Positions 40,588 to 50,409 of a stretch of 64,000 nt of DNA are shown one piece after another. Within the stretch, counting starts at the first letter, position 1. Each line of letters opens with the position of its first letter. Under the pieces are notes generated by a model. The model did no database searches, was not told the DNA's origin, and saw only the letters and a program-made list of their open reading frames with translations. The translations under genes were made by a program, and so were the position numbers. The DNA is from Candidatus Binatia bacterium (GTDB lineage Bacteria > Desulfobacterota > Binatia > UBA9968 > JAJDTQ01): NCBI GenBank assembly GCA_963666515.2, contig OY762897.2, positions 32,001-96,000 on the forward strand. Reading direction: 5' to 3'.

Positions 40588-41437
40588 AGTCGTAGAAGCC
40601 CTTCCCGGTCTTCCGTCCCAGGTGTCCGGCGAGATACAGCTTCTGCTGCAACGGGCTCGGCCGGAATCGCGGGTCCTCGAAGAAGGCCCGGTACAGGGTC
40701 TCGGTGGCGGTGAAGTTGATGTCGATGCCGATGAGGTCCTGAAGCTCGAAGGGACCCATGCGGAAGCCGCCGGATTCCCGCATGATCCGGTCCACCGTCT
40801 CCACCTCGACGCCGCCGTCGCTCAGGATGCGCAGGGCCTCGTTGTAGAAGGGCCGTGCGATGCGGTTGACGATGAAGCCGGGCGTGTCCTTGGCGCGCAC
40901 CGGGGTCTTTCCGAACCTCCGGGTGATGTCCGCGGCCTTGGCCACCGTCGCGTCGCTGGTCAGCTCGCCCTGCACCACCTCCACCAGCCGCATGAGCGGC
41001 GCGGGATTGAAGAAGTGCATGCCGAGGACGCGGGAGGCGTCCTTCACCGCGCCGCCGATGGCCGTCACCGACAGCGAGGAGGTGTTGGTGGCCAGGAGCG
41101 TTTCCGCGGCGCAGGCGGCGTCCAGCTTCTGGAACAGCTCCCGCTTGACCTGGAGGTTCTCCGTGGCCGCTTCGATGACCAGGGCGGCGTCGGCAAGGTC
41201 CTCCAGGTCCAGGGAGCCGCCGAGGCGGGACAGGATGCGCTTCTCCTCGGCCTCGTCGATGTTGCCCTTCTCCCGGCTGCGTCCGATGAACCCGCGGATC
41301 CTTGAAAGCCCCCGGTCGAGGAACTCCTGGGAGATGTCGTAGACCACCGCCTCGAAGCCGCCCTGGACGGCGACCTGCGCGATGCCGGCGCCCATGGTTC
41401 CGGCGCCGATCACCCCGATCCTGTTCTCGTTGACCAT
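40574..41437 (-). CDS. paaH: 3-hydroxyacyl-CoA dehydrogenase (N-terminal PaaH-like unit)
   Basis: [39 protein letters not shown] and FRMGPF. Confidence 0.8.
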   Translation of the reverse strand: MVNENRIGVIGAGTMGAGIAQVAVQGGFEAVVYDISQEFLDRGLSRIRGFIGRSREKGNIDEAEEKRILSRLGGSLDLEDLADAALVIEAATENLQVKRELFQKLDAACAAETLLATNTSSLSVTAIGGAVKDASRVLGMHFFNPAPLMRLVEVVQGELTSDATVAKAADITRRFGKTPVRAKDTPGFIVNRIARPFYNEALRILSDGGVEVETVDRIMRESGGFRMGPFELQDLIGIDINFTATETLYRAFFEDPRFRPSPLQQKLYLAGHLGRKTGKGFYDYESK

Positions 41438-41473
41438 GATGGATTCCCGGAGCGCCGAGACTTCCCCCGGAGC

Positions 41474-42256
41474 CTACTCCCCCTTGAACACGGGCGCGCG
41501 CTTCTCCATGAAGGCCCGGACGCCTTCGTCGTAGTCGGAGGTGCGGCCGGCGATCTCCTGGGTGCTGGCCTCGTATTCGAGCTGGGCTTCGAGATCGGCG
41601 TACATGGACCGGTTGAGCGTCCTCTTGATCAGGCCGGCGCTGCGGGGCCCTTGCGCCAGCCGCTCGGCCATGGCCCGGGCCTCCGCGGCCAGCTCGGCTG
41701 CCGGGACGACCTTCGCCACCAGCCCGTAGCGGAGCGCGTCCTGCGCGCCCAGGGGCTCTCCCAGCAGGAACATCTCGGTGGCCTTGCTGAGGCCGATGAG
41801 CCGCGGCATGAAGTAGCTGCCGCCGCAGTCCGGTCCCAGGCCCACCCGCACGAACGCTTCGATGAAGCGGGCGTTGTCCGAGGCGATGCGCAGGTCGCAG
41901 GCCAGGGTGAGGTTGCATCCCGCTCCCGCAGCCACGCCGTTGACGGCGCAAAGCACGATCTTCTCGGTCCGGCGGATGGCGAGGATGATGGGGTTGTAGC
42001 GGTCCCTCAGGGACTCGCCCAGGGACCCCTTCCGGTCCGGGGAGCGTTCCTTGAGATCCTGTCCGGCGCAGAACGCGCGGTCGCCGGCCCCGGTGAGGAC
42101 GAAGCAGCGGACCGCCTTGTCCCGGTTGCCGTCCTTGAGGGCGTCCAGGAGTTCCCGGTTCATCTGCGGCGTGAAGGCGTTGAGGGCCTGGGGCCGGTTC
42201 AGGGTGATGGTGGCGACGCCGTCCCGCTTTTCGTAGAGAATGGTTTCGTAGCTCAT
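41474..42256 (-). CDS. paaG: Enoyl-CoA hydratase/isomerase, PaaG-like
   Basis: [20 protein letters not shown] and GLGPDCGG. Confidence 0.78.
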   Translation of the reverse strand: MSYETILYEKRDGVATITLNRPQALNAFTPQMNRELLDALKDGNRDKAVRCFVLTGAGDRAFCAGQDLKERSPDRKGSLGESLRDRYNPIILAIRRTEKIVLCAVNGVAAGAGCNLTLACDLRIASDNARFIEAFVRVGLGPDCGGSYFMPRLIGLSKATEMFLLGEPLGAQDALRYGLVAKVVPAAELAAEARAMAERLAQGPRSAGLIKRTLNRSMYADLEAQLEYEASTQEIAGRTSDYDEGVRAFMEKRAPVFKGE

Positions 42257-43026
42257 GTTCCCTTGAACTCGGGCTTGCGCTTGTCGAGGAAAGCCTTCAT
42301 GCCTTCCCGCCGGTCCTCGGACGCGAACAGCGTGTAGAACGACTTGCGCTCGAAGGCAAGACCTTCGTCAAGGGGCGTGTTGGCGGCCTTGAGGACGGCT
42401 TCCTTGGCGAAGCGGATGGCGATGGGCGGCTTGCGCGCGATGGTGTGGGCCATGGCCCTGGCTTCGTCCAGCAGCACCTCCACCGGCACCACCTTGTTGA
42501 CCAGACCGCAGCGCTCGGCCTCGGCCGCGTTCATGAACCGGCCGGTGAGCACCAGCTCCATGGCCTTGTGCTTGCCCACCAGGTGAGTGAGCCGCTGGGT
42601 CCCGCCGGAACCCGGGATGACGCCCAGGTTGACCTCGGGCTGGCCGAAGACCGCGGACTCCGAGGCGATGATGATGTCGCAGCTCATGGCCAGCTCGCAG
42701 CCGCCGCCGAGGGCGAAGCCGCTCACCGCGGCGATGACCGGCTTGGCGAGGTGGTTCAGGCGGTCGCGCAACACCAGCCGGTCGTGCGCCGTGCCGGCGA
42801 ACGGTGTGGCGTCCACCATCTCGTTGATGTCGGCGCCGGCGGCGAACACCCGTTCGCCCCCGGTGATGATGAAGACCCGCACGGAGTCGTCGCGGTCAAG
42901 CTCTTCGAAGGCCGTGCACAGGTCCTTGCACAGGCCGTAGGACAACGCATTGAGCTGTTTCGGGCGGTTCAGGGTGGCGACGGCCACGGGACCGTCCCGG
43001 TCGATCACGATGTTCTCGAAGTCCAT
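42253..43026 (-). CDS. paaF: Enoyl-CoA hydratase, PaaF-like
   Basis: [15 protein letters not shown] and FGQPE...PG.GGTQRL. Confidence 0.78.
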   Translation of the reverse strand: MDFENIVIDRDGPVAVATLNRPKQLNALSYGLCKDLCTAFEELDRDDSVRVFIITGGERVFAAGADINEMVDATPFAGTAHDRLVLRDRLNHLAKPVIAAVSGFALGGGCELAMSCDIIIASESAVFGQPEVNLGVIPGSGGTQRLTHLVGKHKAMELVLTGRFMNAAEAERCGLVNKVVPVEVLLDEARAMAHTIARKPPIAIRFAKEAVLKAANTPLDEGLAFERKSFYTLFASEDRREGMKAFLDKRKPEFKGT

Positions 43027-43112
43027 ACAGAGTCAGAGCTATACACTATGACATATGGGGATTCAACGTAAGGCGGTTTCGTTGACTTCAAAAACGCCAT
43101 CTGACAAGATCC

Positions 43113-43808
43113 GTGCTGATGCCGCCCGATTCGGGATCGAACACGACCCACCACGACGACAAGCTGCAGCAGATTCTCGAGCATTCCGCCAGGATATTCG
43201 CGGAGAAGGGATTCGACGGAACTTCCATCCGCGAGATCAGCCGCGCCACGGGCATGAGCCTCGCCGGCCTCTACTACTATTTCCGCACCAAGGAGGAGCT
43301 GCTCTGCCTGATCCAGGAGCGCTGCCTCGTGACCTTGCTGGAGAACGGGCGGAAGATCGAGGAATCCGGCAAGACCCCCCGGGAGAAGATCGCGCTGTTC
43401 GTCCACAACCACCTGGGCTTCTTCCTGCACAACATGAACGAGATGAAGGTGATGTCCCGGGAGGACACCGCGCTGACCGCGGACTACGAGAAGCGCATCC
43501 TCGATCTCAAGCGGCGTTACGTGAAGGCGCTCGTCGACATGGTGGAGGAGCTTCAACGGCACGAGCAGGCCGCGAAGCTCGACGTGCGGGTGGCGGCGCT
43601 GGCGCTCTTCGGCATGATGAACTGGATCTACACCTGGTACAATCCCAAACGGGACCCGCCCCTCCGGCCCCTCATCGAGCAGATGCTTCAGATATTCTTC
43701 TTCGGCGTGCTGAGCCGGGACGGGGAGGGCACGGGCGTCCGGGACGGGCTCTTCCAGTCCTTCCTTCCGGGCGACAGGAGCTTCGGGTTGTGGCCGGGGT
43801 CCGTGTAA
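43113..43808 (+). CDS. TetR family regulator, divergent from the paa-like operon
   Basis: FAEKGFDGTSIREI...LYYYFRTKEEL and FGMMNWIYTWY. Confidence 0.9.
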   Translation: MLMPPDSGSNTTHHDDKLQQILEHSARIFAEKGFDGTSIREISRATGMSLAGLYYYFRTKEELLCLIQERCLVTLLENGRKIEESGKTPREKIALFVHNHLGFFLHNMNEMKVMSREDTALTADYEKRILDLKRRYVKALVDMVEELQRHEQAAKLDVRVAALALFGMMNWIYTWYNPKRDPPLRPLIEQMLQIFFFGVLSRDGEGTGVRDGLFQSFLPGDRSFGLWPGSV

Positions 43809-43873
43809 GGGCGACCGCGGGTCGCCCCTACGTGCCCAGCGATGAACCCCGTAGGGGCGACCTGCGGTCGCCC
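43809..43873. repeat. GTAG-type REP doublet
   Basis: GGGCGACCGCGGGTCGCCCCTAC, linker, GTAGGGGCGACCTGCGGTCGCCC; fills the gap between two convergent stop codons. Confidence 0.85.
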
Positions 43874-44502
43874 TAGGCGGCGGCGCTGGGGCGGGCGCTG
43901 ACCCGCTCGTACCAGTCGGCGGCGTGGCGCAGCTCGGCGGGCAGGCTCATCTTGATCCAGCCCGCGAAGTCCACCGCGACCTGGGCGGTGATGTCGGCGA
44001 TGGTGTAGCGCTCGCCCGCGACGAAAGGACGGCCGGCGAGTTGCGCGTCGAGTTCGCGGAAGAACCGCTCCACTCGCGCGCGCCCGCGCTGCGCCAGCTC
44101 CGGGATCTGCGCGACGCTTTCCGGCCCGGTGAGCGCCCGGCCCGCCAGCCCCCTGGCCTGGTTGCGGAAGGCCTCGGTGACGGCCAGGAAGCCGTCGATC
44201 TCGAAGCGGTGCTCCCACATGGCCACCAGCGCCCGGTCACGCGCGTCCACGCCCATGAGCGGCGGCTCGGGATGGGCGTCCTCCAGGTACCGGCACACGG
44301 CCACCGCCTCGCTGATGGCGGTGCCGTCATCGAGCTCCAGCACCGGCACCGTGCACCACGGATTGAGCCGGCGGAACGCCTCCGTCAGGTGCTCCCCGTT
44401 GCGCAGGTCCACCTGCACGGTGGGGATGTCCAGGCCCTTCTCGGCGATGAAGATGCGCACCCGGCGCGGACTCGGCGCGGTCTGGCAGTCGTAGAACTTC
44501 AT
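43873..44502 (-). CDS. Glutathione S-transferase
   Basis: APSPRRVRIF, NPWCTVPVL, ISEAVA and YTIADI. True start at MKFYD. Confidence 0.92.
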   Translation of the reverse strand: MKFYDCQTAPSPRRVRIFIAEKGLDIPTVQVDLRNGEHLTEAFRRLNPWCTVPVLELDDGTAISEAVAVCRYLEDAHPEPPLMGVDARDRALVAMWEHRFEIDGFLAVTEAFRNQARGLAGRALTGPESVAQIPELAQRGRARVERFFRELDAQLAGRPFVAGERYTIADITAQVAVDFAGWIKMSLPAELRHAADWYERVSARPSAAA

Positions 44503-44513
44503 GGTCGGTGTCC

Positions 44514-45812
44514 TCAACTCACGCTTCGAACCGGAATGCCGTAATGCTGCAGGGTGGTCTGCAGGGTCGGACGGCCGAGCCGGAGCCGCCCGTCGTTCAG
44601 CAGGTACGAGAACAGGTAGCCGGCGCCGAGCATCAGGATTCCTATCAGGAAGCAGTACATGACGGCGCGGTCGGGATACGAATCCTTCAGGTATCCCACG
44701 TAGAGCGGGCCGAAGATGCCGGCCGCGGCCCACGCGGTCAGCACCACGCCGTACATCCTGGACATCTTCTCGGTGCCGAAGACGTCCAGGATGTACGGCG
44801 GCATGGTGGCGAAACCGCCGCCGAAACACAGCAGCACGTAGCACACGAGCACCGAGAAGACCCACGGGTTCTCTTCGGTCATGAGGACTCCGAACACCAC
44901 CATCTGGCTGGCCAGCAGGATGCGGAAGACCTTGACCCGGCCGATGCGGTCGGACAGGAGGCCCCAGAACAGCCGTCCGACGCCGTTGCATACGGAGCTG
45001 GCGGCGATCAGCGTGGCGCCGTACTCGGCCAGCACCGCGGGCTCGACGGTGGGGTCGGCCAGACCCCAGACCTCCTGGAGCAGCTCCGACTGGAAGCTGA
45101 TGACGGAGATGCCGGCGGCGATGTTGAAGAAGAACACGGTCCACATGATGATGAACTGGCCGGAAGTGAGGTAGGGCAGGGTGGAGTCCGGCTCCTCGAC
45201 GTCGGCGCGCGTCACGGACGCGCCGACCTTCATCGGCGCCACCGGGTCGCTCAACATGAGGCTGCAAGGGACGAGAATGCTCGCGAATATGATGCCAAGC
45301 CACAGGAACACCAGGGCTAGGTCGCCCTCCGTGCGCACCACCAGGAAAGGCGCCAGCCCCTTGCTCAGGAGCAGCGCGCCCACGCCGAAGCCCATCACGA
45401 CGATGCCGGTGACCAGTCCCTTCATGTCGGGGAACCACTTGGCTACGGTCGCCACCGGGGTCACGTAGCCGAGCCCGATGCCCGCCCCGCCGATGACGCC
45501 GTACCCGATGTAGAAGAGCGGCAGGTGCTCCAGCCAGAGCGCGGCGCTCGCGATCACGTAACCGCCGGAGAACATCAGGCTGCCGGTAAGGGCGAGCCGC
45601 CGGGGTCCCAACCGGCCCAGCGCCGAGCCCGCCCACGCCGCGGACGTGCCGAGAGAGAAGATCGCGATGCTGAAGGCCCACGCCGTCTCCGTGTGGGTCC
45701 ATCCGGACTGGCGGACCAGCATGGTCTGAAAGAAGCTCCAGGCGTAGACGGTCCCGAAGCATATCTGCAGCATGGTGCAGAAGAGCGCGATGCCGATCCT
45801 TTGAATGCGCAC
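44514..45812 (-). CDS. OFA (oxalate:formate antiporter-like) MFS transporter
   Basis: GTVYAWS, GLGYVTPV, KWFPDMKGL and NGVGRLFWG.LSDRIGR. Confidence 0.9.
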   Translation of the reverse strand: MRIQRIGIALFCTMLQICFGTVYAWSFFQTMLVRQSGWTHTETAWAFSIAIFSLGTSAAWAGSALGRLGPRRLALTGSLMFSGGYVIASAALWLEHLPLFYIGYGVIGGAGIGLGYVTPVATVAKWFPDMKGLVTGIVVMGFGVGALLLSKGLAPFLVVRTEGDLALVFLWLGIIFASILVPCSLMLSDPVAPMKVGASVTRADVEEPDSTLPYLTSGQFIIMWTVFFFNIAAGISVISFQSELLQEVWGLADPTVEPAVLAEYGATLIAASSVCNGVGRLFWGLLSDRIGRVKVFRILLASQMVVFGVLMTEENPWVFSVLVCYVLLCFGGGFATMPPYILDVFGTEKMSRMYGVVLTAWAAAGIFGPLYVGYLKDSYPDRAVMYCFLIGILMLGAGYLFSYLLNDGRLRLGRPTLQTTLQHYGIPVRSVS

Positions 45813-45846
45813 CTCGAAAACCTCAGGGACCAGGTGGTTCGAACGG

Positions 45847-46599
45847 CTAACGAGCGCCCTCGGCCCCCGGCGGAGGCGACTCTCCGGATGCGGTCTCGCG
45901 CTGCGCCACGTGAAGCAGCAGCCGCGCCAACTCCCCGGCCTCGTCGTCGCGCGCGAGGATGCGCTCGTCCTGCTTTCCGTCCGGCTCCTCCTGCCTGGCC
46001 AGCTTCACGGCGAAGGCCAGCAGTTCTCCCAACGGCCTGGCGGCGAGGTTGACGAACCAGATGGAGCCCAGGACTCCCACCAGCAGCAGGATGGAGATGA
46101 GGTAGACCTGCTGGCCGATGGCCCGCTGGATCTTGAGGCCGATGACGTCCAGGTCCATGCCCACGTGCACGGTGCCGGCGAAACCCGCCAGGATCGGGCT
46201 GCCCACCTCCACGAACTCGCCCATTCCCGGCAGCGTGCGGTTCACCGCCTCGGTCTCATCGGGGTCGCTGTTGAGGATGACCTCGGGAATGCCGGGAACG
46301 AAGGTGTGGGCAAGGAATTCGCCCGTGTCGCTGGTGATGTAGACGTAGCGGATGCCCTGGATCTCCACGAACTGGTCGATGAGCGATTGGAGCGTGGCCA
46401 GATTGCGGTTGAGCAGGATGTCCACGCTGGCGTCGGCGATGGTCTTGGCGATGTTCCGGCTGTTGCTCTCGTACTCCGCCGACAGGTGGGTCTGGACGGT
46501 GTAGATGGTCAGCGCCGAGGTGGACAGCACGATCAGGCCGAAGAGCCCGAAGATGCCGAACTGGGTCTTCTGAAAGAGTTTCCTTATTTTCATGATCAC
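45847..46599 (-). CDS. 2-TM periplasmic-sensor (Cache-like) + HAMP protein with no output domain
   Basis: Two TM helices flank a LAHTF-containing domain, followed by HAMP-like ARPLGEL...RDDEAGELARL and then the stop. Confidence 0.75.
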   Translation of the reverse strand: MIMKIRKLFQKTQFGIFGLFGLIVLSTSALTIYTVQTHLSAEYESNSRNIAKTIADASVDILLNRNLATLQSLIDQFVEIQGIRYVYITSDTGEFLAHTFVPGIPEVILNSDPDETEAVNRTLPGMGEFVEVGSPILAGFAGTVHVGMDLDVIGLKIQRAIGQQVYLISILLLVGVLGSIWFVNLAARPLGELLAFAVKLARQEEPDGKQDERILARDDEAGELARLLLHVAQRETASGESPPPGAEGAR

Positions 46600-47885
46600 C
46601 CGAACTTGGCCTTCCAGTCGTCCAGGGTGACGAACCGGCCGTCATCGACGACTGTGTAGTAGACCTTCTGCAGTCCCTGCCTGCGTTCCGGCCCGAAGGA
46701 TACCGCCTCGCCGATGCCCAGGTCATAGTCGCGCACCGAGAACACGGCCTCCTCCAGGCCCCCTCTGTCCGGCTTGCCCTTGAGGCGCCGGAGAATCTCC
46801 ACCAACAGCTTCGCGTCCAGGAACCCTTCCAGGCTGACGAAGCTGTGGGGAAACGGCTTGTAGGCCTCCTTTACCAGCTTCTTCGGCACCTGGGGGTCGT
46901 AGCGCGCCATCAGCTCGCGGTACTCCTTGACCGCCGGGATCGAGGTGTCCTCGTAGCTGGGCACCACCTGTGAGTTCACCAGGTACCGGGTGTAGGCATC
47001 GGCGTCCTCCTGACCCTCGGACAGCAGGTTGAGCAGGTTCTCGCTGCCGACGAAGGATAGGTTGGCGATGGGGACCCGCAGGCCCAGGTCGACGGCGTCG
47101 CGGGCAAAGCCGGCGCACGCGGCGTAGGCGCCGACGCAGATCACGGCGTCGGGAGAGGCCTTCTTGAGGATCTCCACCTGGGCCCGGAAGCTGCCGGTGA
47201 ACCGCGACCCCCGGCGGTAGGTGGCCTCGCCGGCGATCTCGAAGCCGTGCCGGGCCAGGGCCGCCCGCACGCCCGCCCAGCCGCTACGGCCGTAGGCATC
47301 GGCCTGGTAGAACATGGCGATGCGTTGCCGGCCGATGCCGACGAAGTTGTTCACGAGGCCGGCGGTCTCCTGGCGGTAGGAGGCCCGCAGGTTGAAGGCG
47401 AAGTCGCCGTAGGGCGGCTCCCGCTGGGGCTGGGCGCCGGTGAAGGGGAAGAACAGGTAGACCCGTTGGGCCTGGAACTTCTTCAGCATCGGCAGCACGC
47501 GGGTGACGGTGGGGGTGCCCACGTAGCCGAAGAGCAGAAAGACCTGGTCCTCCAGCATGAGCTTCACGGTGTTCTCGACGCAGGGGTCCGGCTGGTAGCC
47601 GTCGTCGTAGAGCCTGAGGGAGATCTTGCGGCCGTTGACGCCGCCGTTCTCGTTGACGTGGTTGAAGTAGGACTTGGCGCCGCGATACAGCTCGGTGCCC
47701 AGGCCGCGGGAGGGACCGGAGAACGCGGCGGACACTCCCAGCACGATCTCGCCGCCGGGTCCGATGCCTCTCACCGCGGCGGCTCGGGCGCCCGCGTTCG
47801 AGGAGTGGAGCCAGGGCGGCGCCAGCACTGCCGCCAGTCCCGCGCCGAGCACCTGTCTGCGCGTCAGATGAGTCCTGGTACGCAT
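46596..47885 (-). CDS. Tat-exported LivJ-like (Peripla_BP_6) substrate-binding protein
   Basis: LTRRQVL Tat motif, GGVNGRKI...DDGYQP, GYVGTPT and NLRASY. Start at MRTRTH. Confidence 0.88.
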   Translation of the reverse strand: MRTRTHLTRRQVLGAGLAAVLAPPWLHSSNAGARAAAVRGIGPGGEIVLGVSAAFSGPSRGLGTELYRGAKSYFNHVNENGGVNGRKISLRLYDDGYQPDPCVENTVKLMLEDQVFLLFGYVGTPTVTRVLPMLKKFQAQRVYLFFPFTGAQPQREPPYGDFAFNLRASYRQETAGLVNNFVGIGRQRIAMFYQADAYGRSGWAGVRAALARHGFEIAGEATYRRGSRFTGSFRAQVEILKKASPDAVICVGAYAACAGFARDAVDLGLRVPIANLSFVGSENLLNLLSEGQEDADAYTRYLVNSQVVPSYEDTSIPAVKEYRELMARYDPQVPKKLVKEAYKPFPHSFVSLEGFLDAKLLVEILRRLKGKPDRGGLEEAVFSVRDYDLGIGEAVSFGPERRQGLQKVYYTVVDDGRFVTLDDWKAKFG

Positions 47886-47899
47886 GCCGTTGGGGCTCC

Positions 47900-48790
47900 T
47901 CACGTTCCGCTGCGGAAGGAGCGCAGCAGCTCCAGGGTTTCCTGGTCTTCCTTCAGGTCCTTGCCCTTGGGGGTTTCGAGGCACATGGGGAGGCCGAAGA
48001 AACGCTTGTCGTTCATCAGCAGGCGGAACGGCTCCACGTCGATGTGCCCCTTGCCGATGATCTCGTGGCGGTCCACCCGGCAGTCGAGTTCCTTCTTCGA
48101 GTCGTTCAGGTGGAAGGCGGCCAGGAGCTTGACGCCGATGGCCTCGTCGAACTCGGTAAAGGTCCGCTCGTAGCCTTCGCGGGTGCGGATGTCGTAGCCG
48201 GCGGCGAAGGCGTGCTGGGTGTCGAAGCACACCCTCAGCCGGTCGCTCTCCCTGGCGCTGTCGATGATGTTGCGGATGTGCTCGAAGCGGTAGCCCAGGT
48301 TGGTGCCCTGTCCGGCGGTGATCTCCAGCGCCACGCGCACCTTGAAGCCCGCGCAGCGCCGGTGGATCGCGTCCAGGGAGCGCGCGATGGTGCGCAGGCC
48401 GGCGCGTTCGCCGGCGCCGGTGTGGGCGCCCGGATGGGCGATGAGGCAGGGGATGGCCAGGGCCTCGCACCGCTCCATCTCGTCCACGAAGGCTGTGATG
48501 GACTTCTGCCGCAGGTCCTTGTCCGGCGCGCCGAGGTTCAGCAGGTAGGAGTCGTGGGCCACCACCGTATGGACCCCGCTGGCCTCCTGCGTCTCCTTGA
48601 AGGCCCGGATGTCGTCGTCGCTCAGGGGCGCGGCGGCCCACTGCCGCGAGGACTTGGTGAAGATCTGGATAGCTTCGCAACCCACGCTGTCGCCGGCGTG
48701 CAGCGCATTGTGGACCCCGCCGGCGATGGACATGTGGGCTCCCAGCAGGGGGCGGTCCCTGGGCTTCTTCTTCCGGGGCGTGGACGCCAT
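47900..48790 (-). CDS. nfo: Endonuclease IV
   Basis: GAHMSIAGG, HDSYLLNL, HPGAH, EITAGQG, CFDTQH and HLNDSK...DRHE. Confidence 0.95.
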   Translation of the reverse strand: MASTPRKKKPRDRPLLGAHMSIAGGVHNALHAGDSVGCEAIQIFTKSSRQWAAAPLSDDDIRAFKETQEASGVHTVVAHDSYLLNLGAPDKDLRQKSITAFVDEMERCEALAIPCLIAHPGAHTGAGERAGLRTIARSLDAIHRRCAGFKVRVALEITAGQGTNLGYRFEHIRNIIDSARESDRLRVCFDTQHAFAAGYDIRTREGYERTFTEFDEAIGVKLLAAFHLNDSKKELDCRVDRHEIIGKGHIDVEPFRLLMNDKRFFGLPMCLETPKGKDLKEDQETLELLRSFRSGT

Positions 48791-48904
48791 GGCTGCATAT
48801 GTACCACAAGGACGCCGCCCACTTCACCCCGAAGACGGGCGGAATGTTGCCACGCGGGCCGGATTGCAGTATTTCAAGACGACGCCGAGCAAGGAGGGAC
48901 TACG

Positions 48905-49312
48905 ATGGCCAACTGGCTGCTCAAGACCGAACCCAGCGTTTATTCCTTCGCCGACCTGCAGCGGGACAAGTCCACGATCTGGGACGGCATCAAGAATAAC
49001 CTGGCGCTCAAGCACCTCAAGACCGTGAAGAAGGGCGACCGCTGCATCATCTACCACACCGGCGGCGAACGGATCTGCGTCGGCCTCGGCACCGCCACCA
49101 CCGGCGCCTATCCCGATCCCGAGAAGGACGACCCCAGGCTCCTGGTGTTCGACATCAAGGTGGGCAGGGCGCTGAAGCGCGAGGTGTCGCTGGCCGAAAT
49201 GAAGCTCAACCCCAAGCTGGAAGGTTTCGACCTGTTCAGGCTAGGCCGGCTGTCCTTCGTGCCGGTGAGCGACGCCCATTACGACGAGATCCTGGAGATG
49301 GCCAAGGGCTGA
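48905..49312 (+). CDS. EVE domain protein
   Basis: WLLKTEP, WDGIKN, YHTG, AYPDP and RLSFVPV. Confidence 0.92.
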   Translation: MANWLLKTEPSVYSFADLQRDKSTIWDGIKNNLALKHLKTVKKGDRCIIYHTGGERICVGLGTATTGAYPDPEKDDPRLLVFDIKVGRALKREVSLAEMKLNPKLEGFDLFRLGRLSFVPVSDAHYDEILEMAKG

Positions 49313-49358
49313 CACCGCGCCGGCCTGGCCGTCGCGTGCCGCCCGCAGGAGAGAAACC

Positions 49359-49625
49359 ATGAAAAAGGCAGACTTCCGCCAGTTCTACCGCGATGCCCAC
49401 GCCGTCGAGTGCCTCAGCGAGCGGGAGAAGATATTCCTCGGCCTCGCCGTCGCCATGACGCGCAACTGCGATCCCTGAGTGGACCGCCGCCTTGCGGACG
49501 CAAGGAAAGCAGGGATCCTCGAGGAGGACCTTGACGCCGCGGTGGACGTCATCGCCGCGGTGGACGCGGGGATTCTGCAGTCGCTGAACCAGCGCATCAA
49601 GCAGCGGCACAAGGAGCGGGAATAA
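49359..49625 (+). CDS. AhpD/carboxymuconolactone-decarboxylase-like selenoprotein (CxxU), 88 aa
   Basis: AGGAG RBS, then MKKADFRQFYRDAHAVECLSEREKIFLGLAVAMTRNCDP-TGA(49476-78)-VDRRLADARKAGILEEDLDAAVDVIAAV...TAA. The CMD-like pattern continues through the TGA. Confidence 0.82.
49479..49510 (+). promoter_or_regulatory. Putative bacterial SECIS hairpin
   Basis: CCTTGC-GGAC-GCAAGG (49490-49505); the G-first apical loop begins 17 nt after the UGA. Confidence 0.72.
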
Positions 49626-49693
49626 CCTGTCCGTGGCGGCCCCCGCGTTGTTGAAACCCGCCCTCCAAGGTGGTAAATGTCAAGGTCCACAGT

Positions 49694-49770
49694 GGTCGCA
49701 TAGCTCAGTCGGCTAGAGCGCTTGCCTCACATGCAAGAGGCCGCAGGTTCGAGTCCTGCTGCGACCACCA
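49694..49770 (+). tRNA. tRNA-Val (CAC)
   Basis: Acceptor GGTCGCA/TGCGACC, anticodon arm CTTGC-CTCACAT-GCAAG, GGTTCGAGTCC T-loop and encoded CCA. Confidence 0.96.
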
Positions 49771-49817
49771 TCACTCCCACAAGTGACGCACCCTCTTGAC
49801 CAAAGGCCTCATCGGCC

Positions 49818-49850
49818 TTGACATCCGGGTTAGTACTATTATAGATACTA
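49818..49850 (+). promoter_or_regulatory. Putative hicAB promoter/operator
   Basis: TTGACA at 49818, then the imperfect AT-rich palindrome TAGTACTAT-T-ATAGATACTA just before the GTG start. Confidence 0.55.
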
Positions 49851-49853
49851 TTC

Positions 49854-50093
49854 GTGTCGTCCTTGGAAAGCCTTCGTCGGAATCCAACAGGGGTCAGATA
49901 TGCTGACTTGGTCAAGATTTGCGACCACTACTTCGGTGAGCCGCGCCAGAAGGGCAGCAGTCATCGGGTGTACCGTACCCCTTGGCTCGGAGACCCTAGA
50001 GTAAACATCCAGAAGGACAAAGGAATGGCGAAGGCCTATCAGGTTCGTCAGGTAATCAAGGCGATAGAGAAACTGGAGGCTCAAGATGGTTGA
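49854..50093 (+). CDS. hicA: HicA-family toxin
   Basis: FGEPRQKGSSHRVY...VNIQ...KAYQVRQV. Confidence 0.88.
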   Translation: MSSLESLRRNPTGVRYADLVKICDHYFGEPRQKGSSHRVYRTPWLGDPRVNIQKDKGMAKAYQVRQVIKAIEKLEAQDG

Positions 50094-50409
50094 ACGCTAT
50101 ACGTACCGTATCACTTGGTCCCCGGAAGACGGTGAGCACGTCGCCTTGTGCGTTGAGTTTCCATCGTTGAGTTGGCTGGCGCCCACTCCGGACAAGGCAC
50201 TGGCAGGAATCCGCAGGTTGGTGGCCGACATCTTGAAGGACATGCGAGCCACCGGAGAAAAACCGCCGGAGCCGCTGGCGGCCCGTATCTACAGCGGAAA
50301 ATTCGTAGTGCGGGTTCCACCGGAAATGCATCGCCAACTGGCCCTTCAAGCAGCAGAAGAGGGTGTAAGTCTGAATCGGTTGGTGAACGCGCGGCTGGCC
50401 GGACCGTGA
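50086..50409 (+). CDS. hicB: HicB-family antitoxin
   Basis: YRITWSPEDGEHV...YSGKFVVRVPPEMHRQLA...GVSLN; overlaps hicA. Confidence 0.9.
   Translation: MVERYTYRITWSPEDGEHVALCVEFPSLSWLAPTPDKALAGIRRLVADILKDMRATGEKPPEPLAARIYSGKFVVRVPPEMHRQLALQAAEEGVSLNRLVNARLAGP

Noticed and set aside
43873-48827. ORF-track long versions of the GST (629 aa) and SBP (743 aa) genes as fusions
   Set aside because: The extensions overlap the MFS and nfo genes in other frames; the true starts are 44502 and 47885.
48905-49312. EVE protein as part of a modification-dependent restriction system
   Set aside because: It is a stand-alone EVE with host-like GC and no fused or adjacent restriction nuclease; the divergent nfo is a normal repair gene.
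49236-49690. Minus-strand ORFs 49236-49610 and 49385-49690
   Set aside because: They are better explained as shadows of the + strand CxxU gene, which has an RBS, a family pattern and a SECIS-like stem.
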